A DNA stretch of 64,000 bases from the human T2T-CHM13v2.0 reference genome, Homo sapiens, in assembly GCF_009914755.1 (NCBI RefSeq), contig NC_060932.1; one strand, 5' to 3'. The stretch's first letter is position 1; the number at the start of each line of letters is the position of its first letter. Below are positions 49,241 through 61,680 of the stretch, piece by piece. Below the pieces are notes generated by a model. That model was not told the origin of the DNA and did not search any database. It saw nothing but the letters and a program-made list of their open reading frames with translations. Position numbers and translations under genes: made by a program.

Positions 49241-50481
49241 TGCTTAAAGTTGTATTGCAGGAATCTGACATCCACATGCTCAATAAAAATGCTGTCATAA
49301 GCAGTCAGTAACTGATAGAAATAAAAATGTCACTTTTTTGAGTTTTCAAAGGCAAAGTAAATAAGAAACTTCTGAGACATTTAGACTTTGAGAAATCTGT
49401 TAGGATGAGCCTGAATCGCAGATGAAGGTAGTAGAACTCTTTATTGTTTGAATGGAGGGCCTACTAATTCTGTTTCTGTTCAAAACTTAGACACTATTTC
49501 TATAATTTATAGAAAAAAACCAGACTTTCACAATTGAGTTTAACGAAAATACTTAACTTGGTGTAATTTATTTCATTTAGGTAGTTGTGGTGGTGGGGGA
49601 AATATCCTATTGTTTCACTGGAAAATAACTTATTTGTTTAGTGATGTTGCTACATACCATTGGCCACATTTACAGTAGATATGTTTAAGAAAAGGAAATT
49701 TGTTTTCTCCCTTGATGTACCTTTGACTTCCTAGGTTGATTATATTAATATATGAATTTAAATTTTTTAAGAGCCATAACCTTTGCTAAGTACGCATAGA
49801 AACTCTGACACTTACTGAAGACATATAAAATATTCACATGTAAAAGAAAAGATGGACTCAGTTCAGGAAGGGGACATGAAACCAGAGAGATCCTGTTTCC
49901 AAAGGGAAGGAGGGTGTTTGTGACAAAGCAGCTTCCAAAGTAGAAAATCCTTAAAGGAATATTACATGCCTGCCTTGCCTGGAAGAATTACTCTTAGGAA
50001 ATATCAAAAGTATCAGCTGCTTTGACAGCACTCCAGGAAATGTCAATGTCTTAGATACATAGGGATCATCTTTGAAAAGTTCTATGAATTAAAAACTTTG
50101 CACTCACATTTCATCTGGAATGCAGTACAATACACAATAGAATACAGAAGATGTCTATGTTACTTTTATCTTATATTTTCTCTGCCTTGAAAAATACAGG
50201 AAAAAATGTTTGTAGACATTTTGGATCTTCACAGGAACTAGTTTAAATTAGATTCTGGTGCCTGGAAGGAGAAGAGTGTCTCATCAGTGGGAAAACAATT
50301 CTGAGACAAGAAAGGCATAGCTCATCCATCAGGCAGTCAGAAGAAGAAAACTGCAAGGGAGATAGACTTAAATATTTTCTTCTTAAAAGATGATTCTCTT
50401 GATGCTGGTTTAACTAGAGGATGAGCTAACTATGACATCAGTAATTAAGACTTTACTTACTGAAGTCCTAAAATAAAAAGA

Positions 50482-50521
<40 letters not shown>

Positions 50522-50525
50522 ACAC
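50482..50525. repeat. (CA)n microsatellite
   Basis: Directly visible. Confidence 0.92.
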
Positions 50526-52344
50526 CATGAGAGAAATGATTAGTAACATAAGGTAATGAAAAGCAGTAATGAAAGCAAAGAAAAAGTGGGTTTCCAGCTA
50601 GTGCAGTCGTGTCACTAAATCTTCTTTTGGCTATGCATTTTAATTTGGTACCTATATGAAGTCTTGGGGCAAAAAATGAGCAGACCCATTGGGAAATAAA
50701 GCAGATAATTTTCCCTTATCCTCTTAAAAAAATCTATCTGATGGCTATTTTAATATCACAGACTTATTTTTAAAAATATTTCACTCTATTACTGTTTTCT
50801 CCATGTGGGCTATTGATGTTTATGTTGACTAAGCTAGCACTTTTTAGACATTATAATGCAAATACATTTATATAGTCGCATTGATATCATTGCATATATT
50901 AATCTTAATTCATTAATTTAGCATAAAAAATATCTCTTTCCCTTTCAGAATCAATGTATTTCTGTTTCTGCACAGTTGGTGAGACATTTAACCCACATCC
51001 TTCTTGGGACTTTCACCTGTACCCTCCTAATCCCAGGAAGATGCTATAGTTCTAGGTGCTAATGCAGTGCCAGATGTGTGTGGGGGATGCCCTCATGCAT
51101 GTGCTTGTCTTCTGGTCTTTGACTGTTCATTCACAAAGGTCACCACTTAGGCTTTTGTTGGTCCTACCCATGTGGTCCTATCCTGTGGGTCCAGCAGCAT
51201 TCTGCATTGCTTTTGTTCAACAAGTAGACAGGTGAACCTTTGTACAGGTCTGCCCATGATCCCATTTACTTGACATAGCACATTGTCCTTCTACTTTAGG
51301 ATGCTGTGCCTTCTCCAGGATATACCAAAAAGCCATTATTTAGGATGCACAGACTCTTCACCCAACCCCACCAGTTGCAGAGAACTGCTTTCTAGTCTAG
51401 TGAGAATCCTTGTTTTTTGAGCATATCTGACTTTTCCTGCCTTCTTCTGTTTTTCCTTGTTCCTTGTAACTTCTTGTACCTCTAAAACCTTTAAGTTTTC
51501 TTTTGGGATACATTTTTGGAAAAATAAAAACTGGAAAGATGGAAAGAATAGTTTGTCTCTGCTACTCCTTTCTTGAAGCGATTGACAGAAAAATTGAATG
51601 AGGGAATGGAAAAAGGGGCATACACAGTAAATCTCATGAATTAATACTTGAAAGTGGCATCCACATATACTAAATGTATGAAATGTATGAAATCCTCCTA
51701 GATCAGTTTTTTTCCACACTGTGGGTTCCAACTGACTTGTGGGGTTGTGAAATCAATGTAGTTGGTCAAACTGGTATTTAAAAAATAAATAAGTAAAACA
51801 GTAAAACACAACCATAGTGATAAATATTGTTTTGTTATGGTATACAAAGGCATTTTTTGGTATAAAACAAATCCTTTCCCCCTGAAGTGAAGAACTGAAG
51901 AAAATTAGACAAAATTTCAGAAAAATACTTTATCAAAATCTTTGGACTTATGATGTTTTATCTCTGTGACCTTGAACAAGTTATGTAACCGTTTTGAACT
52001 TTCACAATATGGTGGAAAAGTAAAATTTTGCCAAATTTTATGTAGATCAAAGGTAATTCATGCAAAGCACTTGGTACAATGCATCACACGTGGGAAACAT
52101 TCAGTATGTATGCACTCACCTCATTCCACATTCTCAATAAACAAGACTTACTGAATACCAACAAAATAGTTCTCAACTTTCTTCTGTTTCACTCCACTGC
52201 TGCACTCCTGTTTTCGTATTTTGACCACCATCCTCCCTCACCTAGATGATTTCAGTAGACACTGAATCTCTTAGCTGTAGTTTGCCTCCTTTCTTCAGCT
52301 GCTGTGATCAGTCTAAATTAAAAATATTATCATGCTACTCTTTT

Positions 52345-52530
52345 TCTTAATAGTGGAAAAAATACACATAAGACGTAAGACTGACCCTCCCACCAATTTC
52401 CAAGTGTGCAGTTCAATATTGTCCACAACATCCACATTGTTGTACAACAGGTCCCCAGAATCCCCTCTCAGCCCTGCATGATTGAAATTTTATACCTATC
52501 AAAGAACAACCCTCCCCTCTCCCTCCACCT
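52345..52530 (-). mobile_element. L1MB-like 3' end fragment inserted in an L2
   Basis: gtggaaaaaatacacataa...caagtgtgcagttcaatattgt...cacattgttgtacaacag. Confidence 0.55.
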
Positions 52531-52829
52531 AGCTGATCATGTCACTCTCTTGCTTTGAATTTTGTGATAACTCTGCTTTACCCTCAAATGCCTTAAAATA
52601 GAAGGCAAACATCTCCAGGACTGGCTATTTTTTCTCTCTCCAGCCCCATCTTTCACTTCTACCCCTCTTGCTCTTAGTGCTTCAACCACACTTAACTTCA
52701 TTTAGTTCCCCAAAGGTGTCCTGTTCTCTTACTGTTTCCTTTGCCTGGAGTCTTTGTATGCATCTTTTTGCTCTTAGCATGGATGTCACCTTCTCTAAGA
52801 AACTTCCCTTAGCCTCCTATGTCTGTTAG

Positions 52830-53200
52830 ATGTCTGTATAAGTTAGAAATGCTTTCGGCTACCGTTAATGAGAAAACTATAAGAGTGGCTTAAACAAATA
52901 GGAGTTTGTTTTTCTTACACAGCAAGAAGCATGGATGTAGGGATTTGCTGGTGGATCAGGATTCCAGTTATATCGGGGGCTTTGTGCTGGCAACTCAAGA
53001 GTAACTTTGACCTTTCCTCATGGTCACAAGATGGTTGCAACTTCTCTAAACATTCATTCACTCTCACAAGGGTAGTAATACAGCCAGGAGTTCCCCCTGA
53101 ATACCTCCTTCTTATCAGAAGTGAAAAATGTCTTTCCAGAAACTCGTAGAAGACTTCCACATATATCTCATTGGCCAGAACTGTAACCTATGCTTACCCT
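52830..53200 (-). mobile_element. Old MLT1 (K/L-like) MaLR LTR
   Basis: agtggcttaaacaaataggagtttgtttttctta...tggtcacaagatggttgc...tctcattggccagaactgt. Confidence 0.55.
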
Positions 53201-53377
53201 TAAGCCGGGTCCTGAGGCAGCCTTCCTAGGGATCAAGAGATCTGATAAAAAGAAGCATGTCATGGCTGATTCTTGGACAGGCAACAGGTTTATTTTTATA
53301 TTACCTACTAGCTCTTTTCTTAGCAAACTGTACATCTCTATCTCAGCCCTAACAAGTCACCTCCCCTTTGTTTGTCT

Positions 53378-53913
53378 TAGTAGCCAAACTGCAAGATGAT
53401 TCCCAATGATCCCATACCTCTTGGTATTCATGCCCATATATATTTGCCTTCAATGATGTGTTCAAATTAGTCTGTGTTGCTGACATAGTGCAACATAAAT
53501 GGTGGCACATTACTCCCAGTGCTAAGTCATAAGGACATTGTGGCATATGATTTACTCTTCTTGGAGTGCCCACTTTTGGGGAAGCCAGCCACCATGTTGG
53601 ATATTTAGGTTGCCACATGTAGCAAGAAACTGAGGCCCCATACCGATAGCCAGCAAATAACTGATACTTCCTTCCAGCAGCCATTGGTCAATTATCTTGA
53701 AAGTAAATTTTCCAGTCACAGTCAAGCCTTCAGTTGACTGCAGTTCTAGCTAAGAGCTTGACTGAAACATCATGAGACATGCTGAGCCAAAATCACCCAA
53801 TTAACCTACTCTTAAATTTCTGACCCATATACACGGTGAGATAATTAATGTTTATTGTTTTAAGCCCCTAAGTTTTGGGGCTATTTGTTATGCAGCAATA
53901 GGTAGCTAATATA
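53378..53913 (+). mobile_element. MLT1F-like MaLR LTR
   Basis: caagatgattcccaatgatcccatacctcttggtattcatgccc...ctaagttttggggctatttgttatgcagcaataggtagctaata. Confidence 0.75.
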
Positions 53914-53970
53914 CTATCTGACTGTCCAGTAGGTTTTAAGTTTTTTTGAAAGAAAAAGCAAAAAAAAAAA

Positions 53971-54275
53971 GGCTTGTAATGGTGGCTCATGCCTGTAATC
54001 CCAGCATTTTGGGAGGCCAAAGCAGGAGGATTGCTTGAACTCAGGAGTCTGAGCAACATGACAAAATCCCATTGCTACAAAAAATAAAAAAATTAGCCAG
54101 GTGTAGTGGCATGCACCTGTAATACCAGTTACTCAGGAGGCTGAGGTAGAAGGATTGCTTAACCCAAGGAGGTTGAGAAGGCTGCAGTGAGCCATAATCA
54201 CGCCACTGTACTCCAGCCTAGGTGACAGGGTAAGAATCTGTCTCAAACAAACAAACAAAACAGCAAAACAAGACC
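53971..54275 (+). mobile_element. AluJ
   Basis: ggtggctcatgcctgtaatcccagc...ggaggattgcttgaactcaggag...gctgcagtgagccataatcacgccactgtactccagcctaggtgacag; (CAAA)n tail. Confidence 0.88.
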
Positions 54276-55454
54276 AAAGTAATGAGCTTCAGTTACACAC
54301 TAGTAAGAATGACAGAAAAGCATTTCTTTGTTTTTAATTCATTATACATAGAGATAATTATATAATTCATTATAAAGAAGAAGTGTTGTGTGGTTTCAAT
54401 GATCATTTTTATTTTAATAGAGTAATGAGTGACTTGGGGCAGGAGCCAGCATGTAAAAGTGATAATATCACTTCTTTGTTTAAAATTGTTAACTTGCTTC
54501 CTGTTGGAGTTAGTAATATTTTACACTTACAATTAATTAATTACTTAATGGTCAAATGAATGTTCATTAATTAGTTTACGTGCACATGGATGCATGCTGT
54601 GGATATAGCAGGAGAAGAGATTTTCACCAGACTTTGAATGATAAATAGGCACTAAAGTGCAAGTATTAGCTAAGAAGCAAAGGTGGAAAGGACAAGCTGC
54701 CCTTCACTGTTGCTTGGTGTTCTCTTTGTCTAGAGTGCTTTTCTGGATCATTGCTTAGCTGCCATTTTGTGGTGTCACTCAGAAGTCACCTCAGAGAAGT
54801 GATCCTTGACCATTGCATTTAAGTTCCTTGCTCCCAGAATTTTCCAAACAAACTTGTTTATTTCCTGTATAGCACATCTTACAATCTGCAATTATCTTAC
54901 TTAGTTGTTAGCTTTTTTTTTTTTTTTGTCTTCTCTGATTAGAGTGTAAGCTCTTCCAAGACAAGCACCATTCTCTCTTATTTGTCATTCTTTCCCCAGT
55001 GCTTGGTAACAGCAGAAGCTCAGTAAACAGTTTTTAATGAATGAGTAAAAAATGACCCAGTCTTGATAACTAACTAACTGAATAATGACTCTGATGTTGG
55101 CTAACCATAGAAGCAGAGTTAGCCAGATTAGGAGAAAATTTATACTTATGAGCTAGACCAGAGCAAACAAAATAAGGAAATGAGAGCCTACATCATTGGG
55201 AATGTTTCACTGGGCTCTAATTGAGATGCTTCTTCATTGAGTGATCCCTCCTAAGGAAAATGAGACCAGGAATTTAGGCACCTACTATTTATCAGGTGTA
55301 GTGCTAGTACTTCACCTGCATTATCTGATTTTATCCTTATAAGAACCGTAGGAAGATACTTTGAATGCATTTGGATGTATCTGGTGTAACTTCCCCACTT
55401 AGATCTGAGACGGTTGGACTCTAACTTTTCTCCAAAGACCAGGAGACTATTGAC

Positions 55455-55830
55455 TAGTAACATTTTTGGCTACAAGTTGCAGTATATCTGAATAACTAGC
55501 TTAACTAGATGGTTGTTTAGTTTTCTCTAGGTAGGTGGTTGCAAGCAGAGTCAGAGTCTCGAAGGTACTTGGGTGGTAATTTTTATGGGTCTCGTGGTCT
55601 TAAGATGGCTACTGTAGGACAAGTCATCACATCTGCATTCAAGTCAGGAAGGAAGGGATGAGGGCAGCACTCTGCCTTCCAGCCTTGAACATCTATCCTG
55701 TTTTCATTAGGAAGTAAAAGCTTTTCCCCAAGCCACCTCCTTGGCAGACTCTACTTAGATGTCATTGGAACTGGAACACATGACCATGTAAAACTGCAAG
55801 GGAAGCTGCAGAAATGAGAAACAGGATTGA
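55455..55830 (-). mobile_element. Old MLT1 (K/L-like) MaLR LTR
   Basis: gtggtcttaagatggctact...cacatctgcattcaagtcaggaagg...aactgcaagggaagctg. Confidence 0.5.
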
Positions 55831-58234
55831 TGTGACTGTTTTACCCTTCCAGGTTGACAATGGTGATAAGAGAAATCTATTTGGGACTATAGTTCAGGCA
55901 AAGAGAAGAACCAATGTTCAGGTAACAGTTAAACTGTGTTGCAAAAAATCCAGAAACATAAAAACCAAAAACACCCTTTAATTTTCCTTATAGCTCAGTC
56001 AAATTATGTATGTGACTGCAAACAGATTTAAAGTGCTCAAATATTTGAAACTTTTCAAAGTGAGCCATATCTATTTTCCTGTGTTGACAATTAATACAAC
56101 ATATAAAATAGGAGATATCAAATAGGAGAGGCTGGTCCCTTTCTTTTCTCCTGGCCTGCTCAGTCTCCCATTTTATTGTATATTCCTCACTAGCAAATAT
56201 ATTAAAAGAAAGATAGCAACAAACACAAACACCATTATCTCTTTGCCCCTTCAATTACTATTCTTGTGCTTTAGTCTTTTAAAAACTTGCCAGTCTTGCT
56301 AGACATCCAGAGAACTCTCAGATCTACTGTGTTCGTGTTAACTTTAGTTGGTAAAAGAAGAGGTGGAGGAAAAGAGGTAGCCTGGAAGAGGAGAGAAAAG
56401 GAGAGAGGAAAGAAATAAAGAAAGGAAGAGGGAAAGAGAAGGAGAGAGGAAGGGGATGGGGGGATAAAAGTTGGAGCAGGTTTTGAAAAGACCAAGATAT
56501 AAAAGGGGAAGAGGAAGGAAGAACGGAAGAAACGACTGAGAAAGGCAAAAGAGTGAGAAGGAAGGATGGTACCGTGCAGTTACTCAGTGTGAACCCTGCG
56601 CTTTCAAATTCTTTATTGTATTTAATCTGCACAGCAATCCTGCAGGGTAGATATCATTCTTCCCACAATACAGTTGAGGAAAGCAAGCCTCGTGAAGCTC
56701 ACGCAGTGATTTATTTGGATGATTCAAGAATGGGATCCAGTAACAGCAGAAGCTTTAAAGTTGGTGTGCCTGCCTCCAAATCCCAGGAGAAAGGACACAA
56801 GAGACACCAGAAGGTCTGATGAAAACGAATTGAAGGCTGGGAGGAGTCAGGCCAGGAAAGAAAGAATAGGGAGGGATGAGACAGAATAGCCCAAGGTCTG
56901 ATCCAAGGGACATCTGGTGCTCTTTTGTCTTCATTAAAGCTGTGGTGATTCTTTAATGACTGTGCATACTATTCATCAGATTGATTAATTAGGTTTGAGT
57001 GTACTTCTTACAAATCCCAGGAAGGTTGCCAATAAATAGAGTTCATGGCATAGAACCCAGAAGGAGGTCATCTAAGACAGAGCAGAGTTCTTTGGCTTGG
57101 TGAGGCTGATGGATCCAAGGCAGGATTTGGTCATGAGTTCTCCATGTGCCCAGAGCCTAAGTTCCCAACTAAACTTATCTAAGAGTTTCCATGGTAAGAT
57201 GACTTGGAGTGAAGTGATGGCCCTGAATGGGGGTTCCAACATAGGAAGCCCCTTTTCTCCAGGCCCTCAAATTGACAAAGGACCACAAATTTACCATTTG
57301 ACATTATATCTCCATGAGGTTGTCTAAAAAAATATTCTGTTGATGTGATCTGGTAAAATACAGGAAGTGCCCAGATGAAAACTTGAAGAATGGTGGTGAA
57401 CTGCTTGGGAGAGATTCCAGGAGAGAATTGCAAATGCCATTTAAGAAATGAAAGGATGCAGCACCCTTGATGGTACAGATAGAAGATGATATTTTCTGGA
57501 AAATATGGATACCGATGTTGAGAAGTTATTCTAAAGAGGATCACTTCAAAAGTTTCAGGACTGTATCTCCCAATTTCTCTTACATTTTCCTTTTTACATG
57601 TATCCAAGTGTAATATATGATAAAATCTTTATTTGGTTATACCTAAAAAGCTTTTAAAATATGTAGAAAGTTAAAATTCAAAGTGATAAAACATTGCTTC
57701 ATAGTTTAGTAGAATTTTCAATTTTTTAGTAATGTATAAAATAGTGATGTCGTATTCTAAGAAATACAGTATGTTGTGGTTATAACTAAGCCTTAATTTA
57801 TGGAAGGAAGAAATGTGGAGACTCATACCCTTTAATTTGATAGGTGAGGTAACAGAGAAGATAAAAGAGTTTCCCACAATCATGACACCAGCTAGAGGCA
57901 AAGTTAACACTGGAACCCAGGTCTACTCATTGCAGGACGGGTAAATTGATGTGAGTGGGGTGAACACAGTCGAGGAGTGAGATCTGGCTTTGAATCCTGA
58001 CTTTTCCCCTTGACAGCTCTGTGACCTTGGCCATGTCACTTAACTTCCCTCCGCTTCAATGTCTTCATCTACAAACCAGGAATAATAGTATATATCACAA
58101 AATGTATCTAAGATACAAATGAGACACTGTGAAGTCCTTGGCACAGGTAAGCATTCATTCTCTAGTGGATCAGAGTGCTACTATGAAGCTGCTAACAGTT
58201 TCTTTTTAGGCATTATTTTTTTGGGGAAAGGCTA

Positions 58235-58345
58235 ACTTTTTCCTTCCTTCCTTCTTTCCTCTTTCCCTCCTTCCTTCCTTCCCTCCCTCTCTCCCTTTTT
58301 TCTTTCTTCTCCCCATTCTATCCCTCCATCTGTTCCTTTCTCTGT
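58235..58345. repeat. CT-rich low-complexity tract, (TTCC)n-like
   Basis: Directly visible. Confidence 0.85.
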
Positions 58346-58550
58346 ATGTTATTCAGAAAAAATACTTTATACAGACTTGTTTCTTCAAAGGTAAAGCAAA
58401 CTCCTACCTATACTAGAATGGGGGAGTTTAGGGGGGCAAGATGGATTTGTGTAACAATGTCAAGCTGAATCTTTGCAAGAATATTCCGGTCTGGCTGGAG
58501 AAGGATACTAGTACTAGTAAATATGGTATCTGTGTGTGCATGTGTGTATA

Positions 58551-58620
58551 AGAGAGAGAAGAGAAGAGAAGAGAAGAGAAGAGAAGAGAAGAGAAGAGAA
58601 GAGAAAGAGAGAGAGAGAGG
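58551..58620. repeat. (GAGAA)n pentanucleotide microsatellite (~10 units) plus (GA)n
   Basis: Directly visible. Confidence 0.92.
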
Positions 58621-59899
58621 GACAGAGAATTAAGTAGAATTATGCATGCATCTAGATGTCTAATGTGTATAAGGTGTTGCTACTATTATTATTATGGCCC
58701 TGTTGCTATTAATTATCAGAGGTACAGAAAATGAAATTCAGAAATATTAAGTGACTTGTCCAATATCACTAACTATCTACTGGTGGGTCCTAGATTTTAC
58801 TTTAGATAAAGGTGAAGAAGCTGCTACACAGAAATGGCCCTTAATGCTAACTCTAATATAATATAACTGCCAAGAGAGCAGAGCACCAGCCAAATCATCT
58901 CTATCCTGAACACCTGGTAGATGGCACTGATGACTATAGGACTTTAAGCTCAGGTGACATTTTGGAATGAATTGTTGCATATTGTGTGTATTCCTGCTCA
59001 CTTGTTTGTGTGTGTGTATGTATGCACACATGTGCAGACTTTTCTTCTCCATCACAGTTAGCTCTTGGAATGTATTTGTTCTCATGAAAATTCTAGCTAA
59101 CTGGGCAACTGAGCACTTTATGGGAAATCAGAAAATGAGCCTTCGAGAATTGTTTAGCCAGATCTTTAAACAAGAGAAAAAGACTGACAAAGTTGGGGCA
59201 AGCTGCAAATTAAAACTAGAACACCACACAAGCTCTGGCACTTCATTCATTAGCGTCCAAAGCGTTTGTTCACTGTCACCAATTAGTCACTAAAAGACTG
59301 AATGAGTCCTGTATACACCACAGCTTACTATCACCTTAGAAAGCATTTAAGCCAAATATCCAGATAAAAACTGCGGTTGGTTAAGTGTTTTAAAGTGCAC
59401 AGAGTTCTTCAGTATTCTTTTTGTTCTTTATTCATTCATTTATTCACCACTCATTTCACTATTCAAACATAACAAAGAAACCAATTAGAACTATGACTAC
59501 CACTAAAGTACTTTCTGAAGAAGGAGACTCCTGAACATTGGGGGGCTCTTGTTCTACTGGGTACTTTGCCCATTTGAATGTTTAAGTTTAAGGGTTAGAG
59601 AATTGAAGGAGTTCTGTATAAATTTGTGGCTCGAGGAATTTTGGAGGTCAGAGTAAAGACTAAAATAATTGGGGACTAAAATGGTTTCTAGGCAAGTGAG
59701 CCCTTGGTCCTTGGTCTTCATTAGATTTCCCCAAACACACAAAATATTCAATATGGGTAAACTTAAAGAAATTTGTTAAAGTTGGAGTTTAATTTTTGCA
59801 TCTAAATCTGTTACATATAATAGAGATGATACATGTGGATCCTATGGCTGAGGGTCAGAGGGACTACAGGTGTATAAGCCTCTGGGAATTAATTGAGAG

Positions 59900-60292
59900 T
59901 GAGGGAGATGTGCTATTTATTATATCTGTTCACAAACATTATTTTGTTCTGGAAACATGGTAAGATTTAGCTTCTCCCTTCTCTGAAATTTGGCGTGGCC
60001 CTGTTTCTTTGAAGGGCAATGAAATATGAACAGAAGCATCATGTGTCACCTCCTGGAGAAGCTGTGTGAGCCTGTGTGCAGCGGTCCATCTTCCCTTGCC
60101 ACTGTGGCACTGTCTGAGGAATCAGGCATCAAAAAGGAGCCTCTGTCTTCTTCAGTCCCTGAGAACAACAAAGAGCAGATTCCCCCTCAAACCTTGGTTA
60201 AACAGGTTACATGAGTAAGAAATAATTCTTATTTGTATCAAGCCATTGAGATTTGTTATTATGAAATGGCCCATCTTACCTTGACTAACTCT
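59900..60292 (+). mobile_element. MLT1 (H/J-like) MaLR LTR
   Basis: gcaatgaaatatgaacagaag...tgtgtcacctcctgg...atgagtaagaaataattctt...aagccattgagatttgtt...ccttgactaa. Confidence 0.6.
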
Positions 60293-61399
60293 GGAAATTT
60301 GAACCTCACAGTGGGTGTCAGTTATGTCCACATCTTCAGCATCGAGGGACTCCAGTTGACATGAGGGTTGCTCAATAAACATTCTTGGACCCCTGCTTGT
60401 TCCAGGTTATGTTGGAGTCTGGCGTGAAAATATGGCATTGTGTCTGTTCTCAAGGGGTGTATAATAGACAGGGTGAGACAAACCATAGTGGCTATACACT
60501 GAGCATGCTGTCCCTGGTGCTTAGTGTGTCGTTGGACTACAGGCAAAGGGCATAGTCACCACACTGGAAATATCAGGGAAGTTCCCATCGAGAAGTATTG
60601 CTTGAGCTAGTTGATACTCAAGTGAAAGTGAGATAAGGCAAGAAGAAGGTAGAGGGTATTTCAATTAAAGGGAACACCAGTGAGAGGCACAGACTCACTG
60701 CACTTCACTACAGCTGCTCAACAAGGATACAACATGTCTTTGCACTCCCTCGAGCGAGTCGAGATTTTCCTCTCATTTCTTAGGCTATGCCCTTGATGCA
60801 TTTACTGAACCATACATGCCTTTCAAGTACCCATGCTGTATGTAAAGCCTATGGTGGTAAATAAAACAAACAATAGTCTCACTTTCATGGAGCTTATATT
60901 CTAAAGGAGAAAGATGGGGGGAAACATATAAAGTAAAGAGGAAAATCTTGACTCATTTGAGGGACTGCAAAGATGTATTGTATTTGTGTCAAGCAGCTGA
61001 AGTGACGTTAGAGAGGTAGCCATGCCTCCTGGGTGGCTGTGTTAGGGACTTTGAATTTCATTTGGCATATCATGGGATGGCACTGAAAGACTTTTGTTGT
61101 GTGGAATCCTCACAGCCATCCTGTGAAGCAAGTATTATTCCCTAATATACAGGAATACACGGAGGTTCAAAGAGGGCAAATGAAATGTGTTGACTCCACA
61201 CAAGTACTAAGCAGTCAGTAGAGACTGGAATATCGTCCTCTAACTTTTCAATTTCTCATCTCTTTTTTTCTCTTTCTTGGGACACTATGGCCATGATGAC
61301 CTATATTCCTCCTGCCACTCTTCAAGGTCTCCTATTAGGACTTTAGTGCTTGCCCTTGCCTGTGACTTTTCACGGGGTTCCAAGATCTTCCACAGACTG

Positions 61400-61680
61400 C
61401 CTTTATTTTGTCATGTGATCTCCCTAAAATGACCTCTCTGGAAGCACCCTAGCTGAAGTGCCTCCTCACCCCAATTCTCCCCGTTATCCTTGTTTCCAGT
61501 TATATATTTTTCTTCATAAAGCTTATTGCCTTCTGAAAGTTTTCTTTGTCACATATTTAGATGTTTTCCCCCTGTCTTTCTCCTTTAGAATATAAGCTCC
61601 ATGAAAGCTAGACGGTTGTTTGTTTTTATTGACCTCCATAGACTTTGCACCCAGAGTAGGTACTTGAAAGGAATGAATGG
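61400..61680 (+). mobile_element. LINE L2 3' end
   Basis: ttagaatataagctccatgaaagc...cccagagtaggtacttgaaaggaatgaatgg. Confidence 0.6.

Noticed and set aside
58914-58929. CTCF-like CTGGTAGATGGCACTG (similar weak hits near 17950 and 27816)
   Set aside because: The 5' part of the core is mismatched and there is no supporting CpG retention.
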